A DNA stretch of 37,011 nucleotides from a virus (taxonomy: Duplodnaviria > Caudoviricetes): positions 1 through 37,011 of the IMG/VR virus record IMGVR_UViG_3300034416_000016; one strand, 5' to 3'. Below, piece after piece: positions 34,110 through 37,011 of this stretch. Each line of letters opens with the position of its first letter. Within the stretch, counting starts at the first letter, position 1. The position numbers and the translations under genes were made by a program. The notes beneath the pieces were generated by a model. The model did not search any database. It saw nothing but the letters and a program-made list of their open reading frames with translations, and had not been told where the DNA came from.

Positions 34110-34904
34110 ATGGAAAACAAATCAGAATTTTATAAAGAAACTTGGTTTATGTGGGCTTCATTGGTCATTTTTGCACCTGTAGGGATATTTCTAATGTGGA
34201 AATATAGTCAGCTCAAAGAAAATGCGAAAATTATTCTATCAGTTGTTTTTTCCGTTATTTTTGTCATGATCTGGGTGCCGAGTTGTGTCGGACTTGGGAA
34301 CAATAATAGCGAGAAAAAAGCTGAACAACAACTATCTGACAATAAACAAATTGTTCAGGAGGTTGAAAAAAAGATCAATACAATTGGTGATCCAAAAACT
34401 GTAACTATCGACAAATCTCAAACTGTTAATGATGCAAAAACAGCATATAATGAATTAACCAATGAACAAAAAGGGATGGTTTCTTACAGTTCATTAAAAA
34501 TTTTGGTAATTGCTGACGACAACATAACAACTCTGGAAAGTAAGGCCACCGCGGATAAAGCGGCAGCAGACAAGGCAGCAGCAGATAAAGCGGCTGCTGA
34601 AAAGGCCGCGGCAGATCAAGCCGCAGCAGACAAAGTTGCAGCAGACAAAGCAGCAGCTGAACAGGCCGCGGCAGATCAAGCCGCAGCACAAGCGTCTCAA
34701 AATACAGCATCTGTTTCGAGTTCATCTTCCGCAAGCCAATCAAGTTCGGAGACAACTGAAACAACCGTTTATATTACAAATACTGGTGAAAAATATCACA
34801 CGAGCGGATGTTCATCACTAAGTAAGAGTAAAATTCCAATTGATTTAGCAAAAGCTAAAGCCGAAGGGTACACTGCTTGTTCAAAATGTCATCCGCCACA
34901 ATAA
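34110..34904 (+). CDS. Membrane-anchored protein with AAADK stalk and the same C-terminal Cys/His domain
   Basis: FYKETWF..P.GIFLMWK two-TM N-terminus; (AAADK)n; VYITNTGEKYH..GC..ACSKC. Confidence 0.85.
   Translation: MENKSEFYKETWFMWASLVIFAPVGIFLMWKYSQLKENAKIILSVVFSVIFVMIWVPSCVGLGNNNSEKKAEQQLSDNKQIVQEVEKKINTIGDPKTVTIDKSQTVNDAKTAYNELTNEQKGMVSYSSLKILVIADDNITTLESKATADKAAADKAAADKAAAEKAAADQAAADKVAADKAAAEQAAADQAAAQASQNTASVSSSSSASQSSSETTETTVYITNTGEKYHTSGCSSLSKSKIPIDLAKAKAEGYTACSKCHPPQ
34545..34692 (+). repeat. Degenerate 15-bp tandem repeat encoding AAA(D/E)(K/Q)
   Basis: About ten GCNGCNGCAGAYAAR-like units. Confidence 0.85.
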
Positions 34905-34915
34905 GAAGGTGAAAA

Positions 34916-35128
34916 ATGAAATTAATTATTGATCGTTTTGAAGGTGAGTATGCTGTCTGTGAAAAAGGTAATCGTGAAATGATTGATATTCCCAAAAAAG
35001 ATATCCCCAGTGAAGCGAAAGAGGGCGATGTGCTAATTGTGGATGGCAAGATAATTACCATTGATCATGAATCAACTAAAAAAAGAAAACAGGAAATTGC
35101 AGAGCTTTCAAAAGGGCTCTGGAAATAA
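34916..35128 (+). CDS. DUF3006-like protein
   Basis: IIDRFEGEYAVCE..IP..AKEGDVL..T..RK.EI. Confidence 0.85.
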   Translation: MKLIIDRFEGEYAVCEKGNREMIDIPKKDIPSEAKEGDVLIVDGKIITIDHESTKKRKQEIAELSKGLWK

Positions 35129-35143
35129 TTTAAAAATCTTCAA

Positions 35144-35180
35144 AGGGAGGCGACTCATCCTCCCTTCCTTTCCATTTTTC
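35144..35180 (+). terminator. Terminator after the surface cassette
   Basis: AAGGGAGG/CCTCCCTT stem with pyrimidine-rich tail. Confidence 0.55.
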
Positions 35181-35287
35181 CAAATCCTCATCAATCTATT
35201 TTTATTATAATATAACCACAAACTATAATTTATCATGCCTAAAAATCTAAGATAATCATAAATTACAATATTTTACCCCACTTTATC

Positions 35288-35317
35288 AGAACATACGTTC
35301 TTTTTCTATGTTATAAT
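35288..35317 (+). promoter_or_regulatory. LexA (SOS/Cheo) box overlapping an extended -10 promoter
   Basis: AGAACATACGTTCT at 35288-35301 (GAAC-N4-GTTC); TGtTATAAT at 35309-35317. Confidence 0.8.
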
Positions 35318-35347
35318 AAGCAAACGCTCTTTTTAAGGAGGCTTAAT

Positions 35348-35800
35348 ATGTACGAAACACCGAAAAAGAAATCACTCTTTCTTCACAGGAAATATGAACT
35401 TTCTACTTTGCCAATCCCCATTTGGGAACTTGAACAGATGATCATTGATCGTGGCTTTGATGTTTGCATTTCCAAAAAATCAAAAGCATCATTCATTCTA
35501 AATACAACTGTTTTTGTTCCAAAGCTCTCTGATTCTCATATCCGGTTTTGTTTAAGCCATGAACTTGGCCATATTATCGGTAATCATTATGACATTTACA
35601 GTGTCGATAAATACGCAAGAACTAAGTACGAAGCTCAGGCAAATGCCTTTGCCCTATATTTAATCATGCCCTGCCCTTGTTTTGAATACGATCTTGAGCA
35701 GATGGATGAATGGGATCTCGCTGAAAAGTATGGCATCCCGGTAGAGTATATTCGCCGTCGATTTAAACTTTACCGAAATGCTGCTGAAATTTTTAATTAG
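35348..35800 (+). CDS. ImmA/IrrE-family metallopeptidase (anti-repressor)
   Basis: RFCLSHELGH (HExxH) and EAQANAFA..LIMP; adjacent to the integrase. Confidence 0.88.
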   Translation: MYETPKKKSLFLHRKYELSTLPIPIWELEQMIIDRGFDVCISKKSKASFILNTTVFVPKLSDSHIRFCLSHELGHIIGNHYDIYSVDKYARTKYEAQANAFALYLIMPCPCFEYDLEQMDEWDLAEKYGIPVEYIRRRFKLYRNAAEIFN

Positions 35801-35817
35801 TATTAAGGAGAATTCAA

Positions 35818-36927
35818 ATGAAAATTAGTAAACGCGCTGATGGTCGTTTCGGAACTCAGATCCGCACGCCAGATGGAACCTATAAAACGGTCTATGGCAA
35901 AACTAGTAAAGAATGCCGCCAAAAGGCATATGACCTGGTAGCCCAGATTGAAGCTGGAACTTATGTCAAGTCTAATAAAACTTTGTTTTCACAGTGGGCC
36001 AAGGATTGGGAAAAAAGTTATCTTGTCGGTATAAAAGGATCAACCAAGCTGAGTTACCAAAATCACATAAAAAATCATATTAAACCGGAGTTTGGGAATA
36101 CCCCTATTCAAAGCATTGAAAAGAAAGATGTCCAGGCGTTTTTCACAAAATTGTTGAATGAAAAAGAATTGTCGCCAAAAACAATCAAAAATATCCATGG
36201 AACATTGCATAAATGCTTCGACGACGCTATTACGGCGGGATTAATTAAAACAAACCCATCTAATGACGCAACTCTTCCTAAACGCTCTAAGCCGGAAATA
36301 TATCCTTTATCGGAAACTGATGTTCCAGTGTTTTTAAGTGCCGCGAAAACAGACAAGTACGATAATACTTATAAGTTTTTGCTTTTAACTGGATTGCGGG
36401 CCTGTGAATTAACTGGGCTAACTTACGATCGTATCGATTTTAATAATAATCGCATGCTTATTGACCGTCAATTACACTCGGTGTGCCCGGTTACATTCAC
36501 ACCACCAAAACATGATAAAATTCGAACTGTTCCACTCCCTCAAAATGCGATCGACATTATTAAGCTTCAGCGAATTGAACAGGCAAAACTTAAACTTATG
36601 ACCGGCATGCAAAATTATAATCCTTATGGGTTTGTATTTACCGAGGGAGATGGCCGGCCGTACCGGGCAAAGACTGTTTTGGCGCACTTGAAAGCTGTCG
36701 CGTCGCGTGCCGGTTTTCCGAAACTTCGTCTTCATGATCTGCGGCACACCTACGCCGTGCTATCCTTGCAAGCTGGCGTTGACATAAAAACCGTCCAGGA
36801 AAACCTCGGTCATCACTCTGCTGCCTTTACTTTGGACCAGTATGCTTTTGTTACTGACGGTATGTTGCAGAGCGCAGCGGATAAAATTGATAACATTTAT
36901 ATGTCAATATCTATGTCAAAAGAATGA
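35818..36927 (+). CDS. int: Tyrosine integrase
   Basis: TGLRACE, PPK, HDLRHTYA, LGH, TLDQY catalytic motifs; N-terminal arm-binding domain; next to att. Confidence 0.96.
   Translation: MKISKRADGRFGTQIRTPDGTYKTVYGKTSKECRQKAYDLVAQIEAGTYVKSNKTLFSQWAKDWEKSYLVGIKGSTKLSYQNHIKNHIKPEFGNTPIQSIEKKDVQAFFTKLLNEKELSPKTIKNIHGTLHKCFDDAITAGLIKTNPSNDATLPKRSKPEIYPLSETDVPVFLSAAKTDKYDNTYKFLLLTGLRACELTGLTYDRIDFNNNRMLIDRQLHSVCPVTFTPPKHDKIRTVPLPQNAIDIIKLQRIEQAKLKLMTGMQNYNPYGFVFTEGDGRPYRAKTVLAHLKAVASRAGFPKLRLHDLRHTYAVLSLQAGVDIKTVQENLGHHSAAFTLDQYAFVTDGMLQSAADKIDNIYMSISMSKE
36900..36919. promoter_or_regulatory. Putative integrase arm sites in the 3' end of int
   Basis: TATGTCAA at 36900-36907 and 36912-36919. Confidence 0.65.
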
Positions 36928-36945
36928 AATTTGATTTTTAGCATT

Positions 36946-36971
36946 AAAAAAACGGCTTTGTATAGCCGTTT
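36946..36971. terminator. Terminator between the convergent int and tRNA
   Basis: AAACGGCT/AGCCGTTT stem; long U-tract on the minus (tRNA) strand. Confidence 0.75.
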
Positions 36972-36980
36972 CTAAAATTC

Positions 36981-37011
36981 TTTATTGGTGCGAGGAAAGG
37001 GACTTGAACCC
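36981..37011. repeat. att core, right copy
   Basis: Identical to 1-31. Confidence 0.96.
36986..37011 (-). tRNA. 3' part of the target tRNA, probably tRNA-Leu; the 5' part would lie outside the window
   Basis: Minus strand GGGTTCAAGTCCC T-arm + TTTCCTCGC-A-CCA; the anticodon is not visible, so the isotype is inferred. Confidence 0.75.

Larger units (their letters stand above)
1..37011. mobile_element. Complete integrated temperate prophage (siphovirus-like, SPP1-type portal, PBSX-type terminase)
   Basis: Identical 31-bp terminal direct repeats, integrase next to the right repeat, and a full ordered set of lysogeny, replication, packaging, head, tail and lysis genes. Confidence 0.97.

Noticed and set aside
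34545-34692. 15-bp tandem repeat as a CRISPR or ncRNA array
   Set aside because: No spacers; it encodes an in-frame Ala-rich helical stalk
3488-36747. Many opposite-strand or out-of-frame ORFs in the track (e.g. 3510-3905, 16224-16676, 28900-29382, 31207-31665, 33695-34120)
   Set aside because: They shadow well-supported genes and show no recognisable motifs

Overview
The window is one complete, apparently intact temperate siphovirus-type prophage of a Bacillota host. ChW repeats suggest a Clostridia/Acetobacterium-like host, which is inference only. It is bounded by identical 31-bp att cores (1-31 and 36981-37011) matching the 3' end of a minus-strand tRNA, probably Leu. The minus strand carries, right to left, cro and early genes, YqaJ/DUF1351/RecT recombination genes, a replication initiator with iterons, a RinA/ArpU-type late activator, two AT-rich morons, terminase/portal/head/tail genes, holins, a ChW-M15 endolysin, an orphan adenine MTase, an AT-rich moron and an AP2-domain gene. 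The plus strand carries an ImmR-like repressor, a three-gene cell-surface cassette (ChW + ComEC-like MBL hydrolase, a membrane protein sharing its C-terminal Cys/His domain, a DUF3006-like protein), a LexA-boxed ImmA-like protease and a tyrosine integrase. The two most notable signals are that surface cassette and an unannotated layer of short promoter-terminator RNA units. One is antisense to an RBS-occluding hairpin of the late activator, one is antisense to a 30-aa ORF, and one is free-standing near the left att. All family assignments are by motif recognition and gene order; no searches were run.
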